This document shows, piece by piece, positions 18,631-29,298 of a DNA stretch of 64,000 bases. Within the stretch, counting starts at the first letter, position 1; every line of letters starts with the position of its first letter. The translations under genes and the position numbers were made by a program. The notes below the pieces were generated by a model. The model ran no database searches. It was not told the DNA's origin and saw nothing but the letters and a program-made list of their open reading frames with translations. Source of the DNA: an uncultured Nitrososphaerota archaeon (GTDB lineage: Archaea > Thermoproteota > Methanomethylicia > Culexarchaeales > Culexmicrobiaceae); NCBI GenBank assembly GCA_964462875.1, contig CAYWZQ010000007.1, forward strand, positions 325 through 64,324, given 5' to 3'.

Positions 18631-20271
18631 ATGATATTCGAAATAATAGATAAAGATTTAGCCGGCAGGATAGGTAAATTAATTACTAAGCGTGGAGTAA
18701 TTGAGACCCCAGCATTTTTTCCAGTGATTAATCCTCAAAAAGAAATAATCTCAATCAAACATTTGAAGGAAAAATTCAAGCTTAAAGCCCTAATAACGAA
18801 TGCGTACATTTTAAGTAAACAGCTTGCACATGCTGGACTGCCATTAAGAGATATACATGAAATACTAGAATTCGACGGCATTATAATGACTGATTCAGGA
18901 GCATATCAAATTCTCATATATGGAGATGTACCTATCGATCCAATAGAAATAGTAAAAATTCAAGAGAAGCTTAATTCCGATATAGCAGTAATTCTAGACA
19001 TTCCAACACCCGGTGGCGCAACATACGAGCAAGCTAAAGAGACAGTAAACAGAACCCTTGAAAATGCGGTGAGAAGCCTACAGGAAGTTAGTAGGAATGA
19101 TATAATATGGGTGGGTCCAGTCCAGGGAGGTACCTATCCTGATCTAGTCAGATATTGCGCGCGAAGAATTGGAAAAATGAATTTTCAAATGCATGCTATT
19201 GGAGGACCTACACAGTTAATGGAAAACTACAGATTTGACAACTTAGTTGAATTAGTGGTTAATGCGAAGATTGAATTACCAATCAATAAGCCAGTGCACC
19301 TATTTGGGGCTGGCCACCCCCTAATTTTACCATTACTCGTAGCCTTAGGATGCGACACATTTGATTCAGCATCTTATGCAATTTATGCAAGAGATGAAAG
19401 ATACATGACTCCATTTGGAACAAGAAAATTAAATGAGCTCTACACATTTCCATGCGAATGCGAAGTATGCAGGAAGTATTCTGTAGATGAAATTAAAGAG
19501 ATGAGCAGGGAAGAAAGGATTCAAAAATTGGCTGAACATAATTTGTCAGTCATACTCAGAGAAATTGAGAATATAAAGCAGGCAATACATGAGGGAACGC
19601 TATGGGAACTGGTGGAATTAAAGGCAAAGGCGCATCCATTACTCTATCAAGCGCTAGTTAAGCTATCGAAATACAAGAAGTATATCGAGAGGCTTGATCC
19701 AATACTTAAAAGTAAGGTTAGAGGAATATTTTACACGACTAATGAAGGGCTTACTAGACCTGAAATTTTAAGGCATATTAGCAGGTTGAAGAACATGCGC
19801 TTTCCGGGTAAAAAGCTATTGTTATTAATTGCTGATCCTAATGAGAAGCCATACAGTAGGAATCCAAAAATTAAGGAGATAATCAGCATAGTTGAGGAAA
19901 TTGCTGGTGATAATAAAAGCATTGTTCACGAATGCGTTTATTGTATTCCCTTTGGAATTATTCCGCTTGAAATAGATGAAATGTATCCGCTTTCACAGCA
20001 TGAAAAAGCTTGTTGCAAGGATATCCGCGCCTTTAATATTATTGCAAAAGCACTTCACAACTTAATGCGAAATAATAACTATGTGAGTGTCATAATATAT
20101 GAGGAAGGGGAGAATTACTTAGCGGGACTTGCAGAGAAGAAATTGAGCAAAATATGTAATAGATTTGGAATAGAAGCTGTAATTGCGAGGAACATTGAGG
20201 AACTGAAGTTGGCATTAAAACGAGAGATTGGGAAGTTTACATGTAAAGAGTCTTCCCATGAGAAGTTTTAG
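18631..20271 (+). CDS. tgtA: Archaeosine tRNA-guanine(15) transglycosylase
   Basis: KDLAGRIG, MTDSGAYQ, PVQGG, HLFGAGHP, DTFDSASY, C.C..C zinc site, HNL. Confidence 0.95.
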   Translation: MIFEIIDKDLAGRIGKLITKRGVIETPAFFPVINPQKEIISIKHLKEKFKLKALITNAYILSKQLAHAGLPLRDIHEILEFDGIIMTDSGAYQILIYGDVPIDPIEIVKIQEKLNSDIAVILDIPTPGGATYEQAKETVNRTLENAVRSLQEVSRNDIIWVGPVQGGTYPDLVRYCARRIGKMNFQMHAIGGPTQLMENYRFDNLVELVVNAKIELPINKPVHLFGAGHPLILPLLVALGCDTFDSASYAIYARDERYMTPFGTRKLNELYTFPCECEVCRKYSVDEIKEMSREERIQKLAEHNLSVILREIENIKQAIHEGTLWELVELKAKAHPLLYQALVKLSKYKKYIERLDPILKSKVRGIFYTTNEGLTRPEILRHISRLKNMRFPGKKLLLLIADPNEKPYSRNPKIKEIISIVEEIAGDNKSIVHECVYCIPFGIIPLEIDEMYPLSQHEKACCKDIRAFNIIAKALHNLMRNNNYVSVIIYEEGENYLAGLAEKKLSKICNRFGIEAVIARNIEELKLALKREIGKFTCKESSHEKF

Positions 20272-20956
20272 CCCTCTTTGCTAGCTGTTGAAGCATCTTA
20301 ATTTCACTTTCAATTCTCTCTGCGTCTCTTATTAGCTCGGAAACATCTATGCTTAAACCTAGAAAACTGTTTAAAAAGTTAATTGCATTGGCTGCAGCTA
20401 GAGGGTCGGGCCTGGAAGCATCAGCATATGGTAAAACTGCTATTGCTGGAAAATCTCTAATTTCAAATCTTGCCAGTAGAAGTGCAAGTAAGCCATAGGC
20501 GTGTAAACCCTTATCCAATAGTGGTAGCTCCTTGCTCACCAATCTTTTAAAGGCAGATGTTACGAGAAACTTGCATAATACATTATCGCTACATTTAAAT
20601 CTCTTATCCAATCCCCCTATTAAAATTGCTTGCGAAAATCCACTCCTAACAACCCAATCAGCTATAACCTGGGATAGCTGATAGACTTCCTTATCGTGTG
20701 GGGGAAATTCTGTTATAAAGAAAACGTACTTATCGTGCTTGAATAGCTCAAATGGAGTAGCTATAATATAGCTATCTCCAACGGATATAAATGGAGGGAG
20801 AAAACGCGATTCTATGAAACCTATTCTCTCCGCATTTAAGCATTTTACCAAGTGCTTAACTGCAATAAAACCAGTTAACCCTACACCATGAAAACCCGAT
20901 ATGAAAATGCAGTTTCTTAAATCTGGGCTGCCTTTTAGGACGATCCTCATTTTCAT
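20237..20956 (-). CDS. PAC2-family proteasome assembly chaperone (PbaA/PbaB-like)
   Basis: GF.G.G.TG..A..HL, IGGLD, PDP.AA, L...A..IE; C-terminus LYM. Confidence 0.88.
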   Translation of the reverse strand: MKMRIVLKGSPDLRNCIFISGFHGVGLTGFIAVKHLVKCLNAERIGFIESRFLPPFISVGDSYIIATPFELFKHDKYVFFITEFPPHDKEVYQLSQVIADWVVRSGFSQAILIGGLDKRFKCSDNVLCKFLVTSAFKRLVSKELPLLDKGLHAYGLLALLLARFEIRDFPAIAVLPYADASRPDPLAAANAINFLNSFLGLSIDVSELIRDAERIESEIKMLQQLAKRAKTSHGKTLYM

Positions 20957-21020
20957 GACACTTCCCATACACAAGTTTGATAAACAGCGTTTAAAGTTAT
21001 CTTATGTTGAGTGGAGAATA

Positions 21021-22289
21021 ATGAAAATCGAAGTACTTGGCGGTGGAGGAGAAATAGGTAGAATAGGAATCCTACTAAAATGCAATGAGCATGATAAGAA
21101 GTTACTACTCGACTATGGAGTGATGTTAACTGACGGAGAGCCAGAGTTTCCATTACACGTGTCTCCAAGAGAACTGAAGGCTATTGTTTTAAGCCATGCC
21201 CATTTAGATCATTCAGGTGGAATTCCACTCTTATATGTGAGTGAAGAACCAAAATTGATAACTACCAAGCTAACTGCGGAGATGACTGAGCTATTAATTC
21301 AGGACTTTATAAAGATCTCCGGATACTACTTGCCTTATGAAAGCCTAGAGCTCAATTTAATGCTCAAGAATGTAGAACCAGTCTTCTATGGACAGGAATT
21401 AAAGTTGGGAAAAATTGGTTTGAGATTTTTTAATGCTGGACATATACCCGGCAGCATGATGACGTTAATAGAAGTTAGTGGTAAACGCATTTTATATACG
21501 GGTGATATTAACATCATTAACACTAGGCTACTCAAAGGGGCGCCACGAAAACTCCCTAAAGTTGATTTAGTGATAATTGAGGGGACATATGCAACAACAG
21601 ATCACCCTAACAGAAAAGAGTTGGAGAAGAAGTTTGTAGCCGAAGTGAATGAGGTGGTAAGTAATGGAGGAATCGTTTTGATACCAGCGTTTTCAGTAGG
21701 CAGATCTCAGGAGGTACTATGCATATTGACTGCATATAAAGTCAAGCATAAAGTTTACCTTGATGGAATGGCTAGAAAAGCAAGCAGAATAATGTTAAGG
21801 CACCCAGGGTATTTTAGAAGCTATAAGTTACTTGTGAAAGCACTTGAGAAAGCTATTTGGATTTCTGGTAAAAGTCATAGAAAGAAAGCATGTAAAAATC
21901 CGGGAATCATAATTTCGCCAGCAGGCATGCTTAAGGGAGGAACTGCAGTTTTCTATATGAAAAAGCTTGCAATGGACGAGAAAAACGCGGTATTTCTTGT
22001 CTCATATCAAATACCAGGCACACCAGGACACATACTGCTAGAAAAAGGAGTATTTAATTTTGGGGATAGAATAGAAAAGGTTAAAGCAAAGGTTGAATGG
22101 TTTGATTTTTCATCACATTGTGGTAGATCAGAACTAATAGAATTCATTAAAAGAGCTAGAGAGAAAGGGGCTGAAATAGCAATGATTCACTGCGAAAAGG
22201 ATAGCGCAAAAATATTAGCCGAAAGCATTAAGGACGAATTAGGAATAAGCATAACACTACCATCAACTGGAGAGGAGCTAATAATTTAG
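21021..22289 (+). CDS. MBL-fold beta-CASP ribonuclease (aCPSF2-like)
   Basis: LGGG.EIGR, SHAHLDHSG, AGHIPGS, YTGD, PAFSVGRSQE, FSSH; no KH domains. Confidence 0.9.
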   Translation: MKIEVLGGGGEIGRIGILLKCNEHDKKLLLDYGVMLTDGEPEFPLHVSPRELKAIVLSHAHLDHSGGIPLLYVSEEPKLITTKLTAEMTELLIQDFIKISGYYLPYESLELNLMLKNVEPVFYGQELKLGKIGLRFFNAGHIPGSMMTLIEVSGKRILYTGDINIINTRLLKGAPRKLPKVDLVIIEGTYATTDHPNRKELEKKFVAEVNEVVSNGGIVLIPAFSVGRSQEVLCILTAYKVKHKVYLDGMARKASRIMLRHPGYFRSYKLLVKALEKAIWISGKSHRKKACKNPGIIISPAGMLKGGTAVFYMKKLAMDEKNAVFLVSYQIPGTPGHILLEKGVFNFGDRIEKVKAKVEWFDFSSHCGRSELIEFIKRAREKGAEIAMIHCEKDSAKILAESIKDELGISITLPSTGEELII

Positions 22290-22322
22290 TTTGACCATAA
22301 AGTACAGCCAATTTGATAATAA

Positions 22323-22399
22323 TGGTGGGCGGGGTGGGATTCGAACCCACGATCACCGCCGTGTGAGGGCGGCATCCTAACCAGCTGGACCACCCGCCC
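22323..22399 (-). tRNA. tRNA-Val(CAC), CCA encoded
   Basis: Full cloverleaf GGGCGGG...CCGCC-CTCACAC-GGCGG...TTCGAAT...CCCGCCC-ACCA. Confidence 0.97.
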
Positions 22400-22494
22400 C
22401 CAAGTTGAAGTCTATTGAAAAACTCTATAAAGTTATCTGTGGAATGCTATGGAAATAATCAAGTAGACTTTTGCCTTGTATGAAATAAGAGCCT

Positions 22495-22656
22495 TTATCG
22501 CGTTCGTTCTCTCCGCTTCCATCTTAAATTTTTACTTCTACAGCGCCTACACTTCTCTGCAGAAGCAGGATTGCGTGCACCGCATTTTCTACAAATTTTT
22601 ACCATGAGCCTACGTTGCTGCGCAATTCTTAGCTTTTCAGGGTCACTTATTGGCAT
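22495..22656 (-). CDS. rpl40e: 50S ribosomal protein L40e
   Basis: Manual translation MPISDPEKLRIAQQRRLMVKICRKCGARNPASAEKCRRCRSKNLRWKRRERTR; below the ORF-track cut-off. Confidence 0.95.
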   Translation of the reverse strand: MPISDPEKLRIAQQRRLMVKICRKCGARNPASAEKCRRCRSKNLRWKRRERTR

Positions 22657-22775
22657 GATGAACTCCCTCTCCACTTAGTTAACGTTAGCTCTATAAATTT
22701 TTGACGCTTATCTAATTAGATAATCTAAAGGTATGGAGAGATAATTCATAAAAACGACATGCGCCATGAGCATGA

Positions 22776-23645
22776 CTAGATCAATTGCCCTATTAATTTC
22801 GGTACATCAGATGGCTTGTTGGCTACTGGAACACCAGCTCTATTAAAAGCCTTAATTTTGCTTTCAGCCGTGCCATATGACCCAGAAATTATTGCACCAG
22901 CATGACCCATTCTTTTTCCAGGTGGAGCTGTCCTACCAGCTATAAAGGCTACTACTGGTTTCGGATAATTGGTTTCCTCAATGTACTTAGCGACCTGTTC
23001 CTCAGCATCACCTCCAATTTCACCTATAATTACAATTGCCTTCGTTTGAGAATCCTCTCTAAATAGCTCTAAAACATCTATAAAACTCAATCCAACTACT
23101 GGATCTCCACCTATGCCAATACACGTGGATTGACCGAAGCCGCTATGAGATAGATTCATAGCAATCTCATAAGTTAAGGTACCGCTTCTAGAGACCAAAC
23201 CTATAATGCCCGGCTTAAATAGAGACCCAGGCATAATGCCCACTTTACATTCACCCGGCGTTATTATTCCAGGAGTATTTGGTCCTATGATAATCGAACC
23301 CTTAAACTTGGCTAAAGCCACCATTTTGATTGTGTCATGAACAGGTATGTGCTCCGTTATAACTACTACATTTTTAATTCCTGAAAGTACAGCCTCTACA
23401 ACTGCATCATAAGCATAAGGTGCCGGTACAAATACTATTGAAGTGTCAGCGCTATGGTGTTCCAATGCCTCATTGACAGTGTCATAGACTGGAATACCAT
23501 GAACTTCTTGACCACCTTTACCGGGAGTAACACCCGCGACTATTTTTGTACCATATTCAAGCATTAATTTTGTATGAAAACTTCCCTGTCTACCAGTTAT
23601 TCCTTGAACTATTACTTTTGTATTTTTATTGACAATGATTCCCAT
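22776..23645 (-). CDS. sucD: Succinate-CoA ligase alpha subunit
   Basis: [36 protein letters not shown]. Confidence 0.95.
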   Translation of the reverse strand: MGIIVNKNTKVIVQGITGRQGSFHTKLMLEYGTKIVAGVTPGKGGQEVHGIPVYDTVNEALEHHSADTSIVFVPAPYAYDAVVEAVLSGIKNVVVITEHIPVHDTIKMVALAKFKGSIIIGPNTPGIITPGECKVGIMPGSLFKPGIIGLVSRSGTLTYEIAMNLSHSGFGQSTCIGIGGDPVVGLSFIDVLELFREDSQTKAIVIIGEIGGDAEEQVAKYIEETNYPKPVVAFIAGRTAPPGKRMGHAGAIISGSYGTAESKIKAFNRAGVPVANKPSDVPKLIGQLI

Positions 23646-23648
23646 ATG

Positions 23649-24785
23649 CTATGCGCCCCTGGCAAGTTCAACTGCCTTTTTAACAGCCTCCTCCATTGAT
23701 GTAAGAGCTATCAATCCGGCGCTTTCCAGTATTTTTCTTCCTTCAGCTTCATTCGTTCCAGTAAGCCTAATTACTAGAGGTTTCTTTAAGCTAATAGCTT
23801 TTAGTGCCTTTAAAATCCCCTTGGCAACCTCATCGCATCTAGTTATTCCACCCAGAATATTTATTAAAATAACTTTAACTCTCGGATGATCAAGCAGTAT
23901 TCTTAGTGCAGTAGCTATCGCCTCAGAAGAAGCCCCTCCACCTACATCAAGAAAGTTTGCCGGATTTCCACCATAAAGCTTTACCAAGTCAAGAGTTGCC
24001 ATGACTAGCCCAGCACCATTGCCGATAATACCGATATCCCCATCTAACTCTACATATGAAAGACCAGACTCTACAGCTTCAAGCTCATATTTAGAGTACT
24101 GTGAGATGTCTTTTAAGTCTCTCACCTCAGGATGTCTGAAAAGGGCATCCGAGTCAATATTTAAGCGCGCATCGGCGGCGATTAATAAGCCATCCTCTGT
24201 TAAAACAAGAGGATTTATTTCCACAAGCTCAGCATCATAATCAATTGCGATTTTATACAGAGAATACAGCATTTGGGACATCCTATTCAATAATGGGCCT
24301 TTAAAGCCTATTTTCTTCAGCATTTGCCTGGCCATAAATGGTTGAAAACCTATCAATGGATCAATATGTTTTTTAACTATCAGATGGGGATGTGATCTAG
24401 CAATTTCTTCAATATCAATTCCTCCCTTAGAACTGGCAATTGCAACAAGCCTTTTAGCAGATCTATCAATAGTTAAGCCTAAGTAGTACTCTTCTCTGAT
24501 CTTCAACTTCTCTTCTACAAGCACTCTGTTCACTTTAAAGCCTTTAAATGACATTCCAAGAAGTGTGCTAGCAATTTTTTCAGCTTCATCAGGCGAATCA
24601 GCGAATCTTATCCCGCCTGCCTTTCCCCTTCCACCCACTAGAACTTGCACCTTAATAGCTACGGGCTTATTCAATTTCTCAGCTATCTCCCTCGCTTCCT
24701 TCGGTGAGGTAGCAACATCTCCTTCAGGTACTCGAATACCATAAGCTTTGAATATTCTCTTCGCTTGATATTCGTATAGCTTCAA
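23649..24785 (-). CDS. sucC: Succinate-CoA ligase beta subunit
   Basis: L.EYQAK, GGRGKAGG, EINPL, NGAGL.MAT.D, PANFLDVGGG. Confidence 0.95.
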   Translation of the reverse strand: MKLYEYQAKRIFKAYGIRVPEGDVATSPKEAREIAEKLNKPVAIKVQVLVGGRGKAGGIRFADSPDEAEKIASTLLGMSFKGFKVNRVLVEEKLKIREEYYLGLTIDRSAKRLVAIASSKGGIDIEEIARSHPHLIVKKHIDPLIGFQPFMARQMLKKIGFKGPLLNRMSQMLYSLYKIAIDYDAELVEINPLVLTEDGLLIAADARLNIDSDALFRHPEVRDLKDISQYSKYELEAVESGLSYVELDGDIGIIGNGAGLVMATLDLVKLYGGNPANFLDVGGGASSEAIATALRILLDHPRVKVILINILGGITRCDEVAKGILKALKAISLKKPLVIRLTGTNEAEGRKILESAGLIALTSMEEAVKKAVELARGA

Positions 24786-24803
24786 CTTACTTGTACCTCC
24801 AAC

Positions 24804-25289
24804 TCATTCCTTAAGTTTCTCGATAACTATGTGTGCAGATGTAGATAGCACGCCCTCTATCTGGGAAACACTTCTCAAGAAACTGTCAAGAGCAGTTTGA
24901 TCTACAACGGCAATTAGATCAACATCTCCCGTCACTCTGAGAAGCTTATTTACTGATGGAATTCTCCTTATTCGCTCATATGCAACGGTTCTCATTTGTG
25001 GTTGAACTCTTATGAAAACAAATGCATCAGCGGATTTGACATTTAACACTCTAAGTGCTTTTTCCGTTAAATCTATGAAACCCCTACCAGTACGCACCAG
25101 CCCCTCATCCTTAAATTTTCTTAGATGAATGCTCAGTGCTTGACGTGTTATGCCGAGTTCTCGGGCTATTTCACTTTGAGATTTATTAACCGTATAAACA
25201 GTCAAGCTTTTAGAGCTCTGATACAGCTTGAGAAGAAGTGAGCGCTGACGCTCAGTTAAGCTAATGCTCAACTGTTCACTTTTAGACAT
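24804..25289 (-). CDS. Lrp/AsnC-type transcriptional regulator
   Basis: HTH 'SQSEIARELGITRQALSIHLRK' plus C-terminal RAM-like domain (RVTGDVDL). Confidence 0.85.
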   Translation of the reverse strand: MSKSEQLSISLTERQRSLLLKLYQSSKSLTVYTVNKSQSEIARELGITRQALSIHLRKFKDEGLVRTGRGFIDLTEKALRVLNVKSADAFVFIRVQPQMRTVAYERIRRIPSVNKLLRVTGDVDLIAVVDQTALDSFLRSVSQIEGVLSTSAHIVIEKLKE

Positions 25290-25433
25290 TGCATCACCAC
25301 CGACATATGTAAAAAACGCCAATATATTTCTTCCCATTCATGAGCAAAGCCTGGAAAACCTAAATCTTATAAATGTCGCTGTAATATTATCTTTAAGCTT
25401 ACACCCACAAGTCTAAGGGAGGGAGAGAGAAAA

Positions 25434-25715
25434 ATGTCTCAAGAAAACGCTGTGCTCGTGGGTAGCAAGCCAATAATGAACTATGTTCTAGCATGCCTAA
25501 CACTATTTCATCAGGGAGCTAAAGAAATAAGCATTAAAGCTAGAGGGAGAGCAATAAGCAAAGCAGTCGATGTAGCTGAAATCGTTAGAAACCGCTTTCT
25601 AACAGACGTCGAAGTTAAGAAGGTTGACATAGGAACTGAGCAAATTACAACACAGGACGGAAGAACAATAAATACGAGCACTATTTCAATTGTGCTTACT
25701 AGGGGAGCTAAATAA
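25434..25715 (+). CDS. albA: Chromatin protein Alba
   Basis: [24 protein letters not shown]. Confidence 0.97.
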   Translation: MSQENAVLVGSKPIMNYVLACLTLFHQGAKEISIKARGRAISKAVDVAEIVRNRFLTDVEVKKVDIGTEQITTQDGRTINTSTISIVLTRGAK

Positions 25716-25761
25716 ACCAGCATACAACTATCCCCTAATTTCTTTCATTGGGGGAAGACGT

Positions 25762-26265
25762 GTGAAATTGCCAGTATGCTCTGTATGTCTAAAAAGTGGG
25801 ATCCTATGTCCAAGCTGCCAGGAGAAAATGGATAGAGGAGAGATTTCTCAATTGGATATTGAAGTAGCCAAGCGTTTACTTGAAATAGAAAAGAAATTTC
25901 CAATATTAAAGGATGCAACTTTCTTTAAGGCAATAGATGCTGGTAGAATGCTCATAGTTTTAGTTAAAAGTAATGGTAGGGTTATGCGACCAATATGGAA
26001 CAAAATCTCAAGAATGCTAAGCAATATGATGAAGAAGCCAGTGAGAATAATTGAGAAGACAGCAAGTATAAGGCAAATAGCTGAGCAGGTTCTTTCACCT
26101 GTGAGAATTTTGGGCGTAAATATTGTATGGCTTCCGGATGGTAGTAGAGAAAATTACATTAAAATTTCGAAGCTAGATCTTAAGAGATTGCCCTTCGAAT
26201 TGAATTTAGCAGAAAGAGTAATTTCAGAATTTACGAAAGAAACAATTAAGATAGTAGCTGAATAG
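25762..26265 (+). CDS. NusA-like KH protein with N-terminal zinc finger
   Basis: LP.C..C.KSG.LC..C, KH-like C-terminus 'L.P.RILGVN.VWLPDG'. Confidence 0.8.
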   Translation: MKLPVCSVCLKSGILCPSCQEKMDRGEISQLDIEVAKRLLEIEKKFPILKDATFFKAIDAGRMLIVLVKSNGRVMRPIWNKISRMLSNMMKKPVRIIEKTASIRQIAEQVLSPVRILGVNIVWLPDGSRENYIKISKLDLKRLPFELNLAERVISEFTKETIKIVAE

Positions 26266-26274
26266 TGGTGGGCC

Positions 26275-27594
26275 ATGAAATTAGATGAATTGAAGAATTG
26301 GAGGAAAACACATTATACGAATGAAATAACCCCTGAACTAGAAGGACAAGAAGTAATTCTGCTCGGTTGGGTTGTAGATGTTAGAGATTTAGGGGGAATA
26401 AAATTTATCATACTAAGAGATCGGGAGGGAACTATTCAAATAACAGCCCCCAAAAGGAAGGTATCATCAGCTGTACTTGATAAGATAAGACAGCTGAAAA
26501 GGGAGACGGTTATAGGAGTTAAGGGTATTGTAAAAGCAACCAAGCTAGCTCGTAGAGGAGTAGAAGTAGTACCTGAAGAAATCAAGATACTTAATACTAC
26601 AAAAGCTCCTCTTCCACTTGACACAACAGGGCGTACACCTGCTGACCTAGACACCAGGCTTAATGCACGCATACTGGACTTGAGAATACCAGAGAACCTT
26701 GCAATATTTAAGATACATCACGTAGCGCTAAATGCTATGAGGCAATTTTTAATAGATGAAGGATTCATAGAAGTCTTCACACCCAAAATACTAGTGACCG
26801 CAACCGAGGGAGGAGCCGCTCTCTTTGAAGTTAAGTACTTCGAGAAAAAAGCATATCTAGCACAGAGCCCGCAATTGTACAAAGAAATTCTAACATCAGT
26901 ATTTGAAAAGGTATTTGAAATTGCACAGTTCTATAGAGCTGAGGAAATGAATACTACATATCACTTAAATGAATTCATCTCAGTTGATATAGAAGCAGCA
27001 TTCATGGAAGCTGAAGATGTTATGCAAATTCTTGAAGACTTAATAATCCACACCGTGAATATAATAAGAAAGAAGTGCGATAAAGAGCTGAGACTTATGG
27101 GCGTGGAGCTCAAGGTGCCGGGCAAACCATTTAGAAGAATAACTTATACAGAAGCACTTGAACTACTTAAGGAGCACAACTTAAAACTTGAGTGGGGAGA
27201 GGATTTACCAACAGCCGCAAACAGGATACTGGGTAAAATATACAGGGAACCGTACTTTATAGTAGATTGGCCTAGAAAGCTCAAACCGTTTTACATAAAG
27301 CCCAAACGAGATGATCCTAGAATAACGGAATCATTTGATTTAAATTGGTCTTGGCTTGAATTAGCAAGTGGAGGTACTAGAATTCATGAAAAAGAAATGC
27401 TTATTGAAAGACTTAGAGAACAGAATTTAATACCCGAGCACTTTGAGCCGTTCTTATCATTCTATGAATATGGTATGCCGCCACATGCGGGTTGGGCAAT
27501 AGGTTTTCAGCGCTTCTTAATGATAGTCACTGGAAGAAAGAACATCAGAGAAGTTACATTATTCCCGAGAGATCGATATAGACTAGCACCATAG
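26275..27594 (+). CDS. aspS: Aspartate--tRNA ligase (archaeal type)
   Basis: TEGGA.LF, LAQSPQLYK, HLNEF, GMPPHAG, FPRD. Confidence 0.95.
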   Translation: MKLDELKNWRKTHYTNEITPELEGQEVILLGWVVDVRDLGGIKFIILRDREGTIQITAPKRKVSSAVLDKIRQLKRETVIGVKGIVKATKLARRGVEVVPEEIKILNTTKAPLPLDTTGRTPADLDTRLNARILDLRIPENLAIFKIHHVALNAMRQFLIDEGFIEVFTPKILVTATEGGAALFEVKYFEKKAYLAQSPQLYKEILTSVFEKVFEIAQFYRAEEMNTTYHLNEFISVDIEAAFMEAEDVMQILEDLIIHTVNIIRKKCDKELRLMGVELKVPGKPFRRITYTEALELLKEHNLKLEWGEDLPTAANRILGKIYREPYFIVDWPRKLKPFYIKPKRDDPRITESFDLNWSWLELASGGTRIHEKEMLIERLREQNLIPEHFEPFLSFYEYGMPPHAGWAIGFQRFLMIVTGRKNIREVTLFPRDRYRLAP

Positions 27595-27598
27595 CATA

Positions 27599-28924
27599 TT
27601 AGAAGCCTGAATTTACAACATCAATTGGCTTAATAAACTCCCTTAACACAACAGTTGCGTAAAATCCTCTTCTCAATATGAACTGGATAGTTATGGCGGG
27701 TTTCTGCACATTATCTAAAACGACCTCTTTAATTCTCAAGTCTTCAATTTCAAAAAGAGCCGGCCTATACATTCCAGGACTGCTTAAGCTCGGCAACTGC
27801 TCAATCAAGAAATCATTAAATGAAACATTCTCATCATCCATTACTGCATCTATCGGTTCTCTCGCCAAGCCGCATGGCAGCTTTTTAATTTTATATCCGG
27901 GAACAGGCAGTACTATCGATAATATCCTCTGCTTTATCAGTCTATTTACTCTGTCTATGTTGGTTCTATCGACTTTGAATACGTACTCGGGGGGAACACT
28001 ACCATATGCGGGTAATCCAACTAAGTCTCCTATAACCGCGCGATTTAATGGAATATTCATTTCTATGCGCTTACTTAATATTTTATTGAATAAATAAGAT
28101 TGATATGCGTGCACAAAAAGTCGACGTATCGGTAAAAATATTTTTCTTAATGATTTGATTGCGCTCTCGACGCCTCCTTTAAAGTGCTTTGCCAGTATAC
28201 GCTCATAACCACTTATCACTTTTTTATTCTCGATTTTATGTTCATTTTCTGCTAAGTTAAGTAGGCATTTTATTGCGGATTCGAAATCACGCTTAACTAT
28301 GTATCTTCCAACTATGTGGGTTATCGGTCTTGTAGTTCCAAATCTTTGGTATCCAAAATATGCTAGAACCCCACCTGTTTCCTTTATCTCCATGATTACT
28401 TCCTCCATCCTTTTAAGAGCTACATTTATTGGCATGTCAATATCCCTTATGGTTATGGTAAATCTATTTCCATATAACTCATGTAATTTGAGGGGGACTT
28501 TAGAACGCGAGTAGTAGGTTAATGATAGTCTAGGCCATTGTAGCATAGGAATGTCTTTTTGAGTCTTAATGCTAATTAATTGAGCTGAAACTGCTCTTGC
28601 ATCCTTAAGTCCCAGATATGAAAAAGCATCAATCGGTAATTTAAGGTTTTGAGCAAGCTTTAGTATAGCGGAAATAGTATCGTATCCTCGCTTCACCATG
28701 ACTGCTCTTACATAATTTCCCTCACTGCTTGACAATGGTATTATTATTTTCCTTGCATTAAAACTTGCAGGAACGATAAACTTTCCTCTCAAAATCTCCT
28801 CAACTATGAAATCTTCAATTTTCACCCTTATTTTAGCATTAAAAAACCTTTGTGATGAAGTGGTGTAGTAGTGCATGCCGAGAGCGACATCTATCTTCGA
28901 CCTCGTTGGACTAAGCATTTCCAT
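27599..28924 (-). CDS. truD: tRNA pseudouridine(13) synthase TruD
   Basis: EDFIVEE, GLKDARAVSAQ, GNRFTI, YFGYQRFG, HAYQSYLFN, GFYATVVLRE. Confidence 0.93.
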   Translation of the reverse strand: MEMLSPTRSKIDVALGMHYYTTSSQRFFNAKIRVKIEDFIVEEILRGKFIVPASFNARKIIIPLSSSEGNYVRAVMVKRGYDTISAILKLAQNLKLPIDAFSYLGLKDARAVSAQLISIKTQKDIPMLQWPRLSLTYYSRSKVPLKLHELYGNRFTITIRDIDMPINVALKRMEEVIMEIKETGGVLAYFGYQRFGTTRPITHIVGRYIVKRDFESAIKCLLNLAENEHKIENKKVISGYERILAKHFKGGVESAIKSLRKIFLPIRRLFVHAYQSYLFNKILSKRIEMNIPLNRAVIGDLVGLPAYGSVPPEYVFKVDRTNIDRVNRLIKQRILSIVLPVPGYKIKKLPCGLAREPIDAVMDDENVSFNDFLIEQLPSLSSPGMYRPALFEIEDLRIKEVVLDNVQKPAITIQFILRRGFYATVVLREFIKPIDVVNSGF

Positions 28925-28935
28925 CAGCCTATGTT

Positions 28936-29298
28936 TTAGAGCAATGGCAAGGAACCAGTAACTTTGTCGATTAAATAGGAGGGAGCAGGTCCTAATCCTG
29001 CACAGGTAATTGTGCCCGGGGGGAGTTCAGTTAAACCTCTGTCAACAATTATTGCAGAGGGAATACCCATGGTCTTTGCCTTTTCATAAATTTCCATCAA
29101 ATACTTCTCATCATTAACCTTTACAACTACTTTCTTCTGACCTGAAATCATCCATACCTTCCACCATAACTCATTTTCAACCCTTGCCTTCTCAGCAGCT
29201 GCGACTGCAGCATGAGCAACTTGTACGGCTAGCTTACCCTTGCTCATTTTTAAGTCAGCTCTGACTACTATGACTTGCTTAACTTCACGCAACGTCAT
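28936..29298 (-). CDS. pth2: Peptidyl-tRNA hydrolase Pth2
   Basis: KQVIVVR.DL.M.KGK.A.Q.AHA, D.GLTE, GP...ID.VTG.L.LL. Confidence 0.95.
   Translation of the reverse strand: MTLREVKQVIVVRADLKMSKGKLAVQVAHAAVAAAEKARVENELWWKVWMISGQKKVVVKVNDEKYLMEIYEKAKTMGIPSAIIVDRGLTELPPGTITCAGLGPAPSYLIDKVTGSLPLL

Noticed and set aside
22776-24785. Possibility that sucCD encode malate-CoA or citryl-CoA ligase
   Set aside because: Motifs fit ordinary succinate-CoA ligase and no contextual genes support an alternative; cannot be resolved without phylogeny
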